IMG/VR virus record: IMGVR_UViG_3300047472_000191
Location: 1-64,000 of that record
Length of the DNA stretch: 64,000 nucleotides
DNA from: a virus
Reading direction: 5' to 3' (one strand)
Shown: one piece after another, positions 18,289-28,204 of the stretch
Position numbering within the stretch: position 1 is the stretch's first letter
How the letters are laid out: each line of letters opens with the position of its first letter
Notes under the pieces: model-generated
Databases searched by the model: none
Told to the model about the DNA's origin: nothing
What the model saw: the letters and a program-made list of their open reading frames with translations, nothing else
Program-made: the position numbers and the translations under genes

Positions 18289-19353
18289 TCACAGCACCCC
18301 TCGCATCGCGTTGTCCTGCTCTTCAGGCTGGTCGTACTCGTAGACGACGTTCGACTCCTTTGACCAATCTCCTTGTTCCCGGATCAGGTCCCACGACTTC
18401 CCCGCACGTCGGGCTACCGTGACACCGGAGGACCGAAGCGTATGGGCGCGATAGGGCCGGTTCTTCAAGGACTTCAATCCGGCCTCCGCAGCAGCCTTCT
18501 TGACGACCCGGCGTACCCAGTCAGGGTTGATGCGCCGATCCAGCACGCGCCCCGCTCGGGACACCGGACGGAACAGAGGCCCCTCGGCGATGCCCTGGAC
18601 TTTCAGGACGTTCAGCCAGGCGTTCAGCAGCCCTACAGGGTCCGACAACGGGTCTTCCCCGGGCGGGATGATGCGCGTCCGTCCACGGCCGGACTGATCG
18701 GTCTTGGAGCGGGTAACGTACAGCTTCAAGTCGCCCCACTCGGTGGGCATCACATCCCCAAGATCCAACCGGATGATGTTGCTGCGCCGAAAAAATCCGG
18801 ACAGCCCGATAGCGAGGATGGCCCGGTCCCGGACGCCGGAGAGAGTGTCGGCGGGGAGGGTGGCCACCATGCGCCGGAACTCTTCCACGGTGACCGTGGC
18901 GGACTTGGTGGGCCTCCAGCCCTCATCCAACCGAGTCACTTTGTACTGCCGGAGCAGTGCCCAGGCGTCTTCGGAGAAGGGCTGTTTCCGGTAGCCCGCT
19001 AGGTGGTGGATGCGGCGGACAGCTCCGATACCCTGCCCAATGCGAGAGGGGCCGTGCCGCTCAGCAATCCGGTATGCGACCCATTCGACAAGGTCTGCTT
19101 CAGAAGCTGGAAGCGGGTTTCGTTGCTGAGTTGCACACCACTCGGCAAAGCGATTCCACTCCCGGGTGTACACCGTCCGCGTCTCCTCGGGGATGGTCTG
19201 CATGAGGAGAGCCCGTGTGGCGTCAGATAGCTCGTCGTAGAAGTCCTGCCGTGGGTGGCGAACGATCGGGAGAAGCGATCCTGACGAAGAATCGAACGGA
19301 CGTGCGTCAGGCAGATGTTCCATTCGGGGTAGCTCCCTGAGGTCGGGTAACAC
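18289..19353 (-). CDS. Cre-like tyrosine site-specific recombinase
   Basis: N-terminal 'TRTVYTREWNRFAEWC...PLPA'; 'RDRAILAIG..GFFRRSN' (R), 'RSKTDQ' (K), 'HTLR', 'QGDW', 'YEY'. Confidence 0.9.
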   Translation of the reverse strand: MLPDLRELPRMEHLPDARPFDSSSGSLLPIVRHPRQDFYDELSDATRALLMQTIPEETRTVYTREWNRFAEWCATQQRNPLPASEADLVEWVAYRIAERHGPSRIGQGIGAVRRIHHLAGYRKQPFSEDAWALLRQYKVTRLDEGWRPTKSATVTVEEFRRMVATLPADTLSGVRDRAILAIGLSGFFRRSNIIRLDLGDVMPTEWGDLKLYVTRSKTDQSGRGRTRIIPPGEDPLSDPVGLLNAWLNVLKVQGIAEGPLFRPVSRAGRVLDRRINPDWVRRVVKKAAAEAGLKSLKNRPYRAHTLRSSGVTVARRAGKSWDLIREQGDWSKESNVVYEYDQPEEQDNAMRGVL

Positions 19354-19564
19354 AGCTTACGCCATGCGACTCGTCAGTAACCCAAATTCCGGGGGAGTCA
19401 CCCATCTGACAGCTAGCCTCACCCGCTAGCACTTCGTTGACTAACGCAACTACTAACTACCTACTAGTAACTTTCAAACTAGTACTTGCGCACGCGGGTA
19501 GTTGCAGACAGCAAACGGCCCCTCCCGGAATCGGGAGGGGCCGTTCTGTTCTCGCCGGGCCGGT

Positions 19565-19822
19565 CTAGCCTTCAGTGTTCCGACGCGCCTGGCTCGCTTG
19601 CCAGTCTTCGTACTCCGCCTGACGTCGGGTGTCTTCGCAGTGCCTTTCGGTCTGCGGGGACCAGGGGCGTGCGGGGATGGCGTATTGGGTGTCCCAGTCG
19701 CCTCCGTGCAGCAGAATACTCCGCTGCATGCGTAGATCGGCTTCGGTGAACTGCCGCGCCGGGGGCTTTTTCGGAGGGGCGGTCTGCCCCGGGAACTTGA
19801 GTCGGTTCACTCGCGGGTCCAT
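19565..19822 (-). CDS. hypothetical protein
   Basis: Start re-called to ATG 19822. Confidence 0.55.
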   Translation of the reverse strand: MDPRVNRLKFPGQTAPPKKPPARQFTEADLRMQRSILLHGGDWDTQYAIPARPWSPQTERHCEDTRRQAEYEDWQASQARRNTEG

Positions 19823-19833
19823 GTCTGCTTGCC

Positions 19834-19941
19834 TCAGCTGCACGCGGGGCACTTGATGTCCCCGATCCAGCCGGTGCCTCCGCAGTGCTCACAGTTGCTC
19901 TTACATAGCGGCTTGGGTGCGGGTGCTTCGGTGGTCTCCAT
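19834..19941 (-). CDS. 35-aa Zn-finger peptide (CxxCxGxG)
   Basis: 'CEHCGGTGWIGDIKCPACS'. Confidence 0.5.
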   Translation of the reverse strand: METTEAPAPKPLCKSNCEHCGGTGWIGDIKCPACS

Positions 19942-20095
19942 GCCGGAGAAGTCTAGCAATTCCCCGGTGTCGTGAGGGCCTTGAGGGGTTCTTCGCCCCT
20001 GATCGTGCTGTGTGCCCTTGCCGAAAACCCCCAGGGGACGAAGCTGCACCCACTACACTCCATAACTACCCGATTACCGAGTGTAGGAGTAGAAG

Positions 20096-20341
20096 ATGCG
20101 TATTGTCCGACGTCTCGACCAGACCCCCGCGTGCGGCGAGAACAACAGCTGCCCGGCCGTCTTCGTCCTCGAAGACGGGAGCATCGCGGTCATCGGTGCG
20201 GTCGCTTCCGATGAGGTGAAGGCGTCGATCCCCGAGGGGAGCGGTGTCGGTGAGGGTGAAGTCCTCTCGGTGATCCCGCGCGAGGTGCTGATCGAAGCTG
20301 GCTGGACCGAGCTGGTCCGGGAATCGGCGGGTAGCTGGTAA
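20096..20341 (+). CDS. hypothetical protein
   Basis: AGGAG RBS; followed by a terminator. Confidence 0.75.
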   Translation: MRIVRRLDQTPACGENNSCPAVFVLEDGSIAVIGAVASDEVKASIPEGSGVGEGEVLSVIPREVLIEAGWTELVRESAGSW

Positions 20342-20356
20342 CCCCCAGTTGCACCA

Positions 20357-20396
20357 AAAAGACCCCTCCTGCCGGATGGCCAGGAGGGGTCTTTTG
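20357..20396. terminator. Bidirectional intrinsic terminator
   Basis: AAAAGACCCCTCCTG...CAGGAGGGGTCTTTT. Confidence 0.85.
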
Positions 20397-20585
20397 TCAC
20401 ACGCTAGCAGGCATCGGGGAGAACAGACGGCAGTTCAGGCACAACCGTCCTTCCACCAGGCACTCCGGCGTGCATGGTCCGTTGTGCTTGCGCGGCGGCT
20501 TGGTGGTGTAGGCCGTGGTGTTGGTTGACCTACAGCTACGACACTGGTGCGGGGTGGCGGGAGTACTCATGGTGGATAGTCTCCT

Positions 20586-21320
20586 CTACACCGTGGGCGG
20601 CAAGTACCGGGAGATATTGGCGGCCTGCGGTACGAACTCGGCGTTGTTGGGGAACCTCTCGTGCCACTTCGGGGGGATCGGGCCCTGGTACCACAGGTTG
20701 TGTGTGATGACCGTGCGGCCGTCGAAGAACTTGATCTCGAAGCGGCGTCCGCCGTGGCCCTGGGATCCCCTGTTGGTGGTATCGGGTGAGATCAGGTAGT
20801 GCACGTGGTCCACAACGACTCGCTCATGTGGATCATCACCGTCGCGCACACCTCCGGGGCCCCAGAACCAGTCGGCGTCGTCCGGGGATTCGTCTATCTG
20901 CACGGTGATCTGACCGTCCGGCAGCCGGGTCGCGGTCAGATCGTAGTTCGTGTTGGTGCCGTCCTGGTTGCCGTGGTTGTAGCGGCACCTTCCTACCGCC
21001 GTACCGTCCTCGTGGTGGGTGAACAGGCCGGTTCCGCGTGAGTTGCCTCGGTGCCCCTTGGGGAGGGTTTCCACGGCGGCGAGGAGGGTCGTCCAGAGGG
21101 CGTCTTCTTCCGGCTTCTTGGAGGCGATGAACTCCAGGGCCTGGGTGCCGAGTTCGGTGATGACGCCCTGGTGGGGGCCGGTGCTTTCTACGAGGCCCTG
21201 CGCGATGAGGGTGTCCAGAAGCGTCTTGTCCGTGGCGCTGTAGGCCCGGAAGACTCCCTTGCTGTGCTGGGCGGCTTCCATCTTCCAGCGTTCGTTCTGG
21301 GTGAGGTTGATGATGGGCAC
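20586..21320 (-). CDS. hypothetical phage protein
   Basis: Follows repeat promoter 21353-21358; GAGGAG RBS. Confidence 0.8.
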   Translation of the reverse strand: MPIINLTQNERWKMEAAQHSKGVFRAYSATDKTLLDTLIAQGLVESTGPHQGVITELGTQALEFIASKKPEEDALWTTLLAAVETLPKGHRGNSRGTGLFTHHEDGTAVGRCRYNHGNQDGTNTNYDLTATRLPDGQITVQIDESPDDADWFWGPGGVRDGDDPHERVVVDHVHYLISPDTTNRGSQGHGGRRFEIKFFDGRTVITHNLWYQGPIPPKWHERFPNNAEFVPQAANISRYLPPTV

Positions 21321-21406
21321 GTGGTCTCCTCAATCTCAAAGATGATGTATCTACCCTAACACTAAGGGGGAGGGTTGTCGACCCTCCCCCTAGCTTTGAC
21401 CTGGGA

Positions 21407-21682
21407 TTAGTCCTCCAGGCCCGTCGCCCACGCGAACAGAGTGGCCAGGTTGACGGCTGCAACCGGCTCCCCGTCCTTGTGCAGCACCACGTACTGCTCT
21501 GTGTACTCGTGCTTGTCGTCGTCCGAGGAGATGTAGGGCCTGCCCCAGAATCCGGCGTTGTCGAACGAGACGCCGTGGGTAGTGGCGGTAAGGTCCTGCT
21601 CATCCGGCTCGTGCCAGTCGGAGCGGACGCCCAGCTCGCGGGCGAGGTCGATCAGGTCAGCTCGGGTGTTGATGCGTCGCAT
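21407..21682 (-). CDS. hypothetical protein
   Basis: Follows repeat promoter 21713-21718. Confidence 0.75.
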   Translation of the reverse strand: MRRINTRADLIDLARELGVRSDWHEPDEQDLTATTHGVSFDNAGFWGRPYISSDDDKHEYTEQYVVLHKDGEPVAAVNLATLFAWATGLED

Positions 21683-21723
21683 GGGATCTCCCTGGGTGGT
21701 TGGTATGTATCTACCCTAGCACA

Positions 21724-21918
21724 TCAGTCGGAGACCCGTCGAGACGCAGCCAGCAACCAGATACGGACATCCGCCAGTTGCGCCGCCGACTCCCGATCCT
21801 CCTTCAGCACACCCCGTTCCCCGAGACGTTCAGCCACCTCCCGGACGTTCTCCTCAGCCGTCCGCAGCAGAGCGGCCAGCGGGATGCTCCCGAGCGGAAC
21901 AGTGGACTCCTCAGCCAT
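21724..21918 (-). CDS. hypothetical protein
   Basis: GGAGG RBS; start re-called. Confidence 0.55.
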   Translation of the reverse strand: MAEESTVPLGSIPLAALLRTAEENVREVAERLGERGVLKEDRESAAQLADVRIWLLAASRRVSD

Positions 21919-22099
21919 ACGACACCTCCAGTCGATATGGCCCACACGCTAGGGGACACCACTGACAAATGCCGTCCACTGACGCACTCCAGACACAAAA
22001 GATCCGCCCCTGTGGACCGTCGTAGCCACGCCCGGCTCAGGTCTTCAGGGGCGGATCTTTGTCATTACCCAGTGCTTGGAGAAGCACCGCGCGAGCCTA

Positions 22100-22309
22100 T
22101 CAGTCATCCGCTACAGGCAGGCCGCAGTCCCCGGGGCAGAAGTCGAACATGCTGTGCACCCCTGGAGGGCACTCGACCGGCTTATGCGTGACTTCGCGAT
22201 CAAGGTAGGGGTCGTGACCCATGGGGAGGTATCCGTTCTGGTGGCGCCAACTGGCCAGCGTATTGGGGTGTTCGGCGAACCACGCGGCCCATATCTCGTC
22301 GAAGGTCAT
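22100..22309 (-). CDS. hypothetical protein
   Basis: GGAGG RBS; start re-called. Confidence 0.6.
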   Translation of the reverse strand: MTFDEIWAAWFAEHPNTLASWRHQNGYLPMGHDPYLDREVTHKPVECPPGVHSMFDFCPGDCGLPVADD

Positions 22310-22313
22310 TCGG

Positions 22314-22592
22314 CTAGTCCTCCAGGGCGTCAATGGTGACGGTGCGGTAGAGGTGCACGAGTTTGAACTTCACACTGCCCCCGCTGGATGCCCACTGATC
22401 TCGTAGGCGGGCGAGGTGCGCCCGGCCTTCGTCCAGGGAGGTGATCGCGTAGTTTTTCAGGAACCACTCTTGCTTCTTTGCATCCCAGACGGCGATGTCC
22501 AGGCCGTTTTCCTTGTAGGTGCCGCTCGGGTCGTCTGCGTTGCTCGGGTGGTACATCTGGATGCCGCCGAGGTCGATGGAGGGGTCTGTCAT
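22314..22592 (-). CDS. hypothetical protein
   Basis: AAGGA RBS; start re-called. Confidence 0.65.
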   Translation of the reverse strand: MTDPSIDLGGIQMYHPSNADDPSGTYKENGLDIAVWDAKKQEWFLKNYAITSLDEGRAHLARLRDQWASSGGSVKFKLVHLYRTVTIDALED

Positions 22593-22606
22593 GGCTGTTC
22601 CTTGGG

Positions 22607-22981
22607 TTAGTCGTTGGGGAGGCCGTTGCAGGGTCCGGCGCCGGGTGTACGGCAGGCGTGGTCCGGGCGGGTGCACTTCTGGGGGTCGTTGCGGTGGATG
22701 ATGGCGCGGGCTGCGATCTCGGCGAGGTCGGGGAAGTGGTCGGCGCTCACGGCAACGTCTGAGGCGCGGAAGGCCTGTTCGATCAGGTTGGCGAGTTCCC
22801 GCGTGGTGTAGCTGTCGCTGCCGATGGAGTTGTATCCGTCGGTGTCGCGGTAGATGTAGGACATGCTGACGGTTGGTTCGGGTCGTGCGGATTCGGGGGC
22901 AAGGTCGCAGTCTCCCCAGGCGTAGGTGTGCTGTTCGGAGCAGCTGCGTTTGCAGCCGCGTTCGTACCAGTCGGTGGGCAT
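22607..22981 (-). CDS. Cys-rich hypothetical protein
   Basis: Start re-called downstream of repeat promoter 23016-23021; GGAGG RBS. Confidence 0.7.
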   Translation of the reverse strand: MPTDWYERGCKRSCSEQHTYAWGDCDLAPESARPEPTVSMSYIYRDTDGYNSIGSDSYTTRELANLIEQAFRASDVAVSADHFPDLAEIAARAIIHRNDPQKCTRPDHACRTPGAGPCNGLPND

Positions 22982-23129
22982 TCGATCCTCCAAGATCAAC
23001 TTGCAAGTTGTATCTACCCTATCAGAAATTCTGTAGGAAGTCGACAAAGAGATACGCCCTAGCCCCTGCCTGAAACAGAGTGGACTAGGGCGCGGCGCGA
23101 AGATTTGTCACAGACGATCGAAACTAGAG

Positions 23130-23387
23130 TTACTCGCCGGTAGCTCGGGTGCCCGGCTTCCGCAGTTCGTAGAGATCGTCCTTGAAGCGGATGGTGTAGG
23201 CGGACTTGTCGTCGTTCTCGACGAGACGGGCGCTCTTGTTCTCCTCGGCCAGCAGCAATTCCCAGGCGTCATCGGGATTGCAGCAGTCCATCTCTCCGGT
23301 GATCGGGTTGTACTTGCGGCAGTCGGTGTATTCATCCCGGATGTTGATCACGTACTGGCGCCGGTTGCGCCCGATGGTCGTCGGCAT
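23130..23387 (-). CDS. hypothetical protein
   Basis: Follows variant promoter TAGGAT-AGATAC (23429-23434). Confidence 0.7.
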   Translation of the reverse strand: MPTTIGRNRRQYVINIRDEYTDCRKYNPITGEMDCCNPDDAWELLLAEENKSARLVENDDKSAYTIRFKDDLYELRKPGTRATGE

Positions 23388-23508
23388 GAGTACTCCCAGG
23401 TTAGAGCGGTCGTAAGGGCTATGTATCTATCCTAACAGGAAGCCCGACGATCGCAAGATCATCGGGCTTCCTGTCACATCTGTCTCACACGGTGTCCATG
23501 TCAGACCG

Positions 23509-23991
23509 TCATACGGCGTTCCGGCTGGACGGACGGGTCTGCCCGTCCAGCACCTGCGCGAAGCCCTTCTCTTCCGCCTCCTGGAGATCCTTCTCGAACG
23601 AGTAGCCGAGAGCCCACGCCTCGTCACACTTGTCGTCGAACAGCAACTTCGCGATCTGACCGGCGATGTGGACCTGCGAGAGGGTCCCGCTGATCCAGTT
23701 GAACAGCCAGACCTTGCCGTCCTGGTACGTGTGCAGCGTGTCCGTTTCGTAGCCGAGCATGCAGAACATGCCGAAGAACTGCTCGAACTGGTCCCGCTCT
23801 CCCCGGAAGGCTTCGATCAGGGACAGCGACTCCGGGAAGTGCTTGTCTGCGGGCCAGGCAACCATGGAGCCTCCGGCGCTCATGCCCATCTTCCACTTAC
23901 CGGAGGTGTTTGCCGTCCTGGGCAGGCGGTCATACGGCCACGCGGTGGGGTTCGCGACGCTGGCCGGGATTTGCGGGTTCCGGTGTGCCAT
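23509..23991 (-). CDS. hypothetical protein
   Basis: 160 aa, AGGA RBS. Confidence 0.75.
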   Translation of the reverse strand: MAHRNPQIPASVANPTAWPYDRLPRTANTSGKWKMGMSAGGSMVAWPADKHFPESLSLIEAFRGERDQFEQFFGMFCMLGYETDTLHTYQDGKVWLFNWISGTLSQVHIAGQIAKLLFDDKCDEAWALGYSFEKDLQEAEEKGFAQVLDGQTRPSSRNAV

Positions 23992-24066
23992 GACGTGTCC
24001 TGTCTCTTGGGTGGTGGGTTGAAACGCTACCGGGACGGTCTGACATGCAGACCGTCCCGGCGGGTT

Positions 24067-24600
24067 TTACTGCTGTCCCAGGGCCTTGCGGACCGCATCG
24101 ACGACCGGAGCCCCCGCGAGGTCCCCCACGGCCTTCAGGGCGGCTTCCTGGGCCTTCTTGACGGCCTTCTGGACCTCGCCGTGCAGCTCCTTGCGGACGG
24201 CCTCGGCGATGACCTGATCGATCGACCGGTCACTGTTGCTGTAGGAGTTCCGGTTGGGCGTCCACGCCTTCTTCGCCTCATCCATGATGATGTCCCGCAG
24301 CGTGGAAGCCTCCCCAGTCGCCTCCCCCCAGCTGTTCGTCTTCCGGATCGGGTTCTGGAGAGCCGCCTCGATGATCGGGTCCAGCTTCTCCCGGATCAGC
24401 GCGGTACGGATCTCGGTGACCCGGGCCTTGAGACCGGTGTACTCCGGGGACTTGAACACCGCCTCCGCGATGCGCTTGGCGACCTTGTCACCGACGGTCT
24501 CCACACCGTCCGGGTACGGCTCGCCGTCCTCATCGACGGAGATGACGTCCGCGACGACCGTAGCCAGCGTGACTTCCGGGACAATTACCTGGATTTCCAC
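24067..24600 (-). CDS. hypothetical helical protein
   Basis: 177 aa, AAGGAAG RBS. Confidence 0.75.
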   Translation of the reverse strand: MEIQVIVPEVTLATVVADVISVDEDGEPYPDGVETVGDKVAKRIAEAVFKSPEYTGLKARVTEIRTALIREKLDPIIEAALQNPIRKTNSWGEATGEASTLRDIIMDEAKKAWTPNRNSYSNSDRSIDQVIAEAVRKELHGEVQKAVKKAQEAALKAVGDLAGAPVVDAVRKALGQQ

Positions 24601-24659
24601 AGTGCTTCCTTTTCAAGATGGGGCAGGGGACGGCCGGTTGATCGCCCCCTGAGGGTTGA

Positions 24660-25073
24660 TCAGGCGGCCAGCGCGTACTTCGCGACCAGCGCGGCCTTTG
24701 CGGCGACGTAAGCCCCCTTACGGGGCTTGTAGGTGTTCAGCAGGGCCTGTACCTGGAGGGCAGTGAAGTGATAAACCACGTGCGACTTGGCCTCCCGCCG
24801 CGCCGGGTCCCCTGCCCGCCCCGACAGACGGGCCATACGGCCGCCCTTCCCGTCCACCGTGTTCCGGGTGCGCGTGATCTTCGCAGGCTTCATGCCGGTG
24901 CGCTTGGCGACACCTCGCAGGGCAATCACCATGCCCTTGGCCGTCTCGGGGTCGATGTCGGCTGCGATCATGTGCGTGGCGAGCGAACGGCCGCGCTTGA
25001 GGGAGGCGTTGAAGCGTGTGGCGGCGCTGCGCTGGCGGATGGTGCAACGGTTCTGACGGGTGTTGGCGAGCAT
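24660..25073 (-). CDS. basic hypothetical protein
   Basis: Follows repeat promoter 25114-25119 and leader. Confidence 0.75.
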   Translation of the reverse strand: MLANTRQNRCTIRQRSAATRFNASLKRGRSLATHMIAADIDPETAKGMVIALRGVAKRTGMKPAKITRTRNTVDGKGGRMARLSGRAGDPARREAKSHVVYHFTALQVQALLNTYKPRKGAYVAAKAALVAKYALAA

Positions 25074-25161
25074 TTTGGGTCTCCCTCGTGGTGTCCCTTG
25101 GGCTGATGTATCTACCCTAGCGCACCTTCAGGGTAGATACAATCCGACACCGAGGAAACTG

Positions 25162-25707
25162 CTAATCCCAAGACCTGTCGTCCCACTGCACCGTGAGGTA
25201 CAGCCCCCGGTCGTCCCCGTAGCCCTTGATCTCTGTGCGTACCTTCTGACCGATCGGGCAGACCTGCCCACCCGGCAGATTGACGTACACCAGGCGGGCC
25301 CCGTTGTTGAGGTCAACAGTCCGGTCGAACGGTTCCCGCAACCAGCCCGTGATGCTCCGGCACCCAGTACGCCCGACAGGCCAGTTCGAGTGCACGTTCC
25401 AGGTCCACCCGTGGATGCGGAGTTCGCACACCGCATCCCCCTTACCGATCCGGAGCGTGGCATCGGGGGATGCCGGGCAGGCGTACCGGCCGTGCCCGAA
25501 GTCGGGTCCCTGGGACACCATCACATCCCACGACATACCGCACGCACACGTCACCTGTGGGTCTTTCTTGAGCACAGCCCACAGGAAGTCTTCATGAATC
25601 GTGTCGTAGGCGTTGGCGAGGTAGAACCGGGCGTCGTCCCGGCAGCCGGGGGAGGCCCCGGTCATCGCGGCGTCAACCCAAGCCAACGGGACGTCAGCTT
25701 CCTTCAT
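25162..25707 (-). CDS. hypothetical protein
   Basis: GAGGAG RBS; start re-called. Confidence 0.65.
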   Translation of the reverse strand: MKEADVPLAWVDAAMTGASPGCRDDARFYLANAYDTIHEDFLWAVLKKDPQVTCACGMSWDVMVSQGPDFGHGRYACPASPDATLRIGKGDAVCELRIHGWTWNVHSNWPVGRTGCRSITGWLREPFDRTVDLNNGARLVYVNLPGGQVCPIGQKVRTEIKGYGDDRGLYLTVQWDDRSWD

Positions 25708-25936
25708 TGTTCGTCTCCTCAGGCTCAAATCCCAGCCAGCGGGCCGCATACCGCAGGTGCTCCCGCTCTTCCTCGGTGTACAGATCCGATGTCCCGGTCG
25801 TCCACAGTGCCAGGGCGACCCGTTGGACGCTGGCCCGGTAGTAGGTGCTGATCCGGCGCCCGGCAACCTGCGGGGTCAGCCCGGCCTTCCGTAGACCCGC
25901 GTCCAGCTTCTGGTGGGCCTCTTCAAAGTCATCCAT
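25694..25936 (-). CDS. hypothetical protein
   Basis: TGATG coupling. Confidence 0.65.
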   Translation of the reverse strand: MDDFEEAHQKLDAGLRKAGLTPQVAGRRISTYYRASVQRVALALWTTGTSDLYTEEEREHLRYAARWLGFEPEETNNEGS

Positions 25937-26088
25937 CAGACGTACTTCCAGTTGCGTCGGGTGATGATGTGGCCAATGGTTGTCCGGGACACTTTGTACT
26001 TATCGGCCAACTCCCGCTCAAGTACCCCGCCTTCGGCGTATTCCCTACGTATCGCCCATACGTCCTGCCTGCTGAGCTTTGCGGTCAT
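25936..26088 (-). CDS. 50-aa HTH protein
   Basis: 'AKLSRQDVWAIRREY...ELADKYKVSRTTIGHIITRRNW'. Confidence 0.7.
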   Translation of the reverse strand: MTAKLSRQDVWAIRREYAEGGVLERELADKYKVSRTTIGHIITRRNWKYV

Positions 26089-26630
26089 ACCGTCACCACC
26101 CGATAAGTCGGACGGAGCCAGAGAACAGACTCGACGTCCCAACCGTAGAGCGACAGGCTCCTGTCGTCCGGAATGCGTGTGACTCCTTGCCCATGGCCCG
26201 TCAGATAGAGCGCGTCGTAGCCGTCGTCTGCCATCTGCTCCCAGTTGAAAATCGCCCAGAACCCCCCGAGAAAGTCCGGCTCAGCGTCTACCCGGTAGGT
26301 CCCGAGGATCGTTGCAGCATCCGAAAGGCTGTCGATGACCAGGCCCTTGAAGTCGGGGGCAGGGGCGATCTCCAGGAAGCGCGTGTAGTCGTTTTGACCG
26401 AAATCCTCGGACTGGTAGTACTCGGTCCAGGCTGTAGAGATGATCTCCCCGGTGTAATCCACGTCGGTGATGGTGGAGGTCCACATGCCCCCGGCCAGCG
26501 GCTTGGGGTCGTATGTGGTGTTGATGACCGGCCGGAACTTCTGGGGATGTGTCAGCGCCGGGTCGTGCTCCATCCCGTGGGCGTAGGCCTGTCTGGGCAG
26601 ATCGCTGGCGGTAATGGTCGGCAGGGTCAC
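26085..26630 (-). CDS. hypothetical protein, possible ADP-ribosyltransferase-like fold
   Basis: 'KPLAGGMWTS', 'NWEQM...YDALYLT', 'LYGWDVES'; GTGA coupling. Confidence 0.55.
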   Translation of the reverse strand: MTLPTITASDLPRQAYAHGMEHDPALTHPQKFRPVINTTYDPKPLAGGMWTSTITDVDYTGEIISTAWTEYYQSEDFGQNDYTRFLEIAPAPDFKGLVIDSLSDAATILGTYRVDAEPDFLGGFWAIFNWEQMADDGYDALYLTGHGQGVTRIPDDRSLSLYGWDVESVLWLRPTYRVVTV

Positions 26631-27067
26631 TTCGCGGTCTCCGAGTCCTTGTAGGGGTGCCAGGTGGATACAACTCGCCAGGGCAGTACATCTGCCACGA
26701 TCCGGGGCCAGTCCAGCTGCTGCCGTGTGAGGGGGGTGGTGGGGTGCTTTGCCCAGTTGGGGGAGTAGCGGTTTTCGGAGAGCAGGGCTTCCCGAAGGCA
26801 TTCGCCGCAGACGTCCGATGTGGTTACCCGTCGTGCGTCGGGTACCTGATCGGGGTGCACTTCTCCGTGCCGCCAGTAGGCCTCTTCCAGGAGGCGTTCC
26901 CAGTCAACGGCTGCGGCTACGCGTTCCAGGATGGCTGCTGCGGCTTCTTCCATCCGGTCGTGGTCTTCGGTGGGCATGCGTTCGTACGTATCGGTGAGTC
27001 CGTTGCGTACCTGGTTTCCCAGGACATCCTGGGTGAGGACGCGCCATACGGCAAGGCTGTTGGGCAT
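26627..27067 (-). CDS. hypothetical protein
   Basis: Follows variant promoter 27097-27102. Confidence 0.7.
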   Translation of the reverse strand: MPNSLAVWRVLTQDVLGNQVRNGLTDTYERMPTEDHDRMEEAAAAILERVAAAVDWERLLEEAYWRHGEVHPDQVPDARRVTTSDVCGECLREALLSENRYSPNWAKHPTTPLTRQQLDWPRIVADVLPWRVVSTWHPYKDSETAK

Positions 27068-27174
27068 CGGGATCCCCCCTTGGTGATGGTATATCTATCC
27101 TATCACAAAGAGCCTGAAAACGCGGAAGGGGTGTCGAGCCTCAACAGCCCAACACCCCTTCCGCGAAACCGGCC

Positions 27175-28107
27175 CTACAGGATCTCAGGGATCGGCTCAC
27201 CCTGCGGGTGGACCATCCGAGACAGCGGCTTTCCACGCCGGTGGGCGTTCCAGGCCCGCACGATGTAGCCGATCGCCCGCACATCCTTGACCCGGATGCC
27301 CTGGTCACGGTCGCTGCGGACACGCTCCCGCAACGTCAGCACCGGATCGTTCTCTTCCAGCTTCGCGCCCGTCTCGATGGCACCGAAAAACCAGGGGGTG
27401 TCCTCCGCGCTGACTTGGTGCAGCAGGAAATGCGACGTGCCCAGCACCGACGGAGACAGCGGCTTGAAGGAACGATGCACCCGCTCCCCGATCTCCGCCG
27501 AACGCCGGATCTCCGGGTGCTTCTCCATCGTCTCCGACAGCTCACCGAACGACACGGCCTCCCGGAACGACCGGTCTCCCCGCTCCCACAGCGCCACGCG
27601 GCGCGCAATCGCGGCAAGAGCCTTGGAGTTCGTCTCACCTCGCAAGGTCAGGTTGTCGGTGTGGGTGCGCTTGCGGCCCGCGTCCATCGTCTCCTGGGCC
27701 TTCAGGGGCAGGTTGAAGATGACCAGCATCTTGACGGGGATACCGGCCCTGACGATGGCCCACAGGCGGTGCTGGCCGTTCAGGAGGGTGCCGTCGACAG
27801 CGATCTGGATGGCTTCGCCGTTCAGCAGCCACCGGCCTTCCTGCATGTCCCGGGTGTACAGCTGGACAGCGGCCTCGCTGAGCCTGCGGTTGCTGACGTT
27901 CTTCTTGAGCCACTCCGCCGCCTGTTCGGGGGTGACGTCGATGATCTCTGTGGTGATCTCGGGAACAACCAGCGCCTTCTTTGCGCGGGGGCGGGGTGTG
28001 CGGGTGGATCCGGTGGTGGCCTCTGAGAAGGTCGGCGCGGGGACCTTCGCGGCGGTCTTTTGCGGTGCATCGACGGCTGTCTTACGGGCGGCTGCCATAG
28101 CTGGCAC
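27175..28107 (-). CDS. ParB/Srx-superfamily protein
   Basis: 'VTPEQAAEWL...NRRLS...Y..DM..GRW..NGEAIQI..DG.LLNGQHRL.A'. Confidence 0.75.
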   Translation of the reverse strand: MPAMAAARKTAVDAPQKTAAKVPAPTFSEATTGSTRTPRPRAKKALVVPEITTEIIDVTPEQAAEWLKKNVSNRRLSEAAVQLYTRDMQEGRWLLNGEAIQIAVDGTLLNGQHRLWAIVRAGIPVKMLVIFNLPLKAQETMDAGRKRTHTDNLTLRGETNSKALAAIARRVALWERGDRSFREAVSFGELSETMEKHPEIRRSAEIGERVHRSFKPLSPSVLGTSHFLLHQVSAEDTPWFFGAIETGAKLEENDPVLTLRERVRSDRDQGIRVKDVRAIGYIVRAWNAHRRGKPLSRMVHPQGEPIPEIL

Positions 28108-28204
28108 ACCTTCCTGCTGGGGTTGGGATGTATCTACCCTAGATCATACGGAGCGACGTGGGCAACCATCGCTCGATTCTGGTCGTAAGCCTTCCACGAG
28201 TAGG

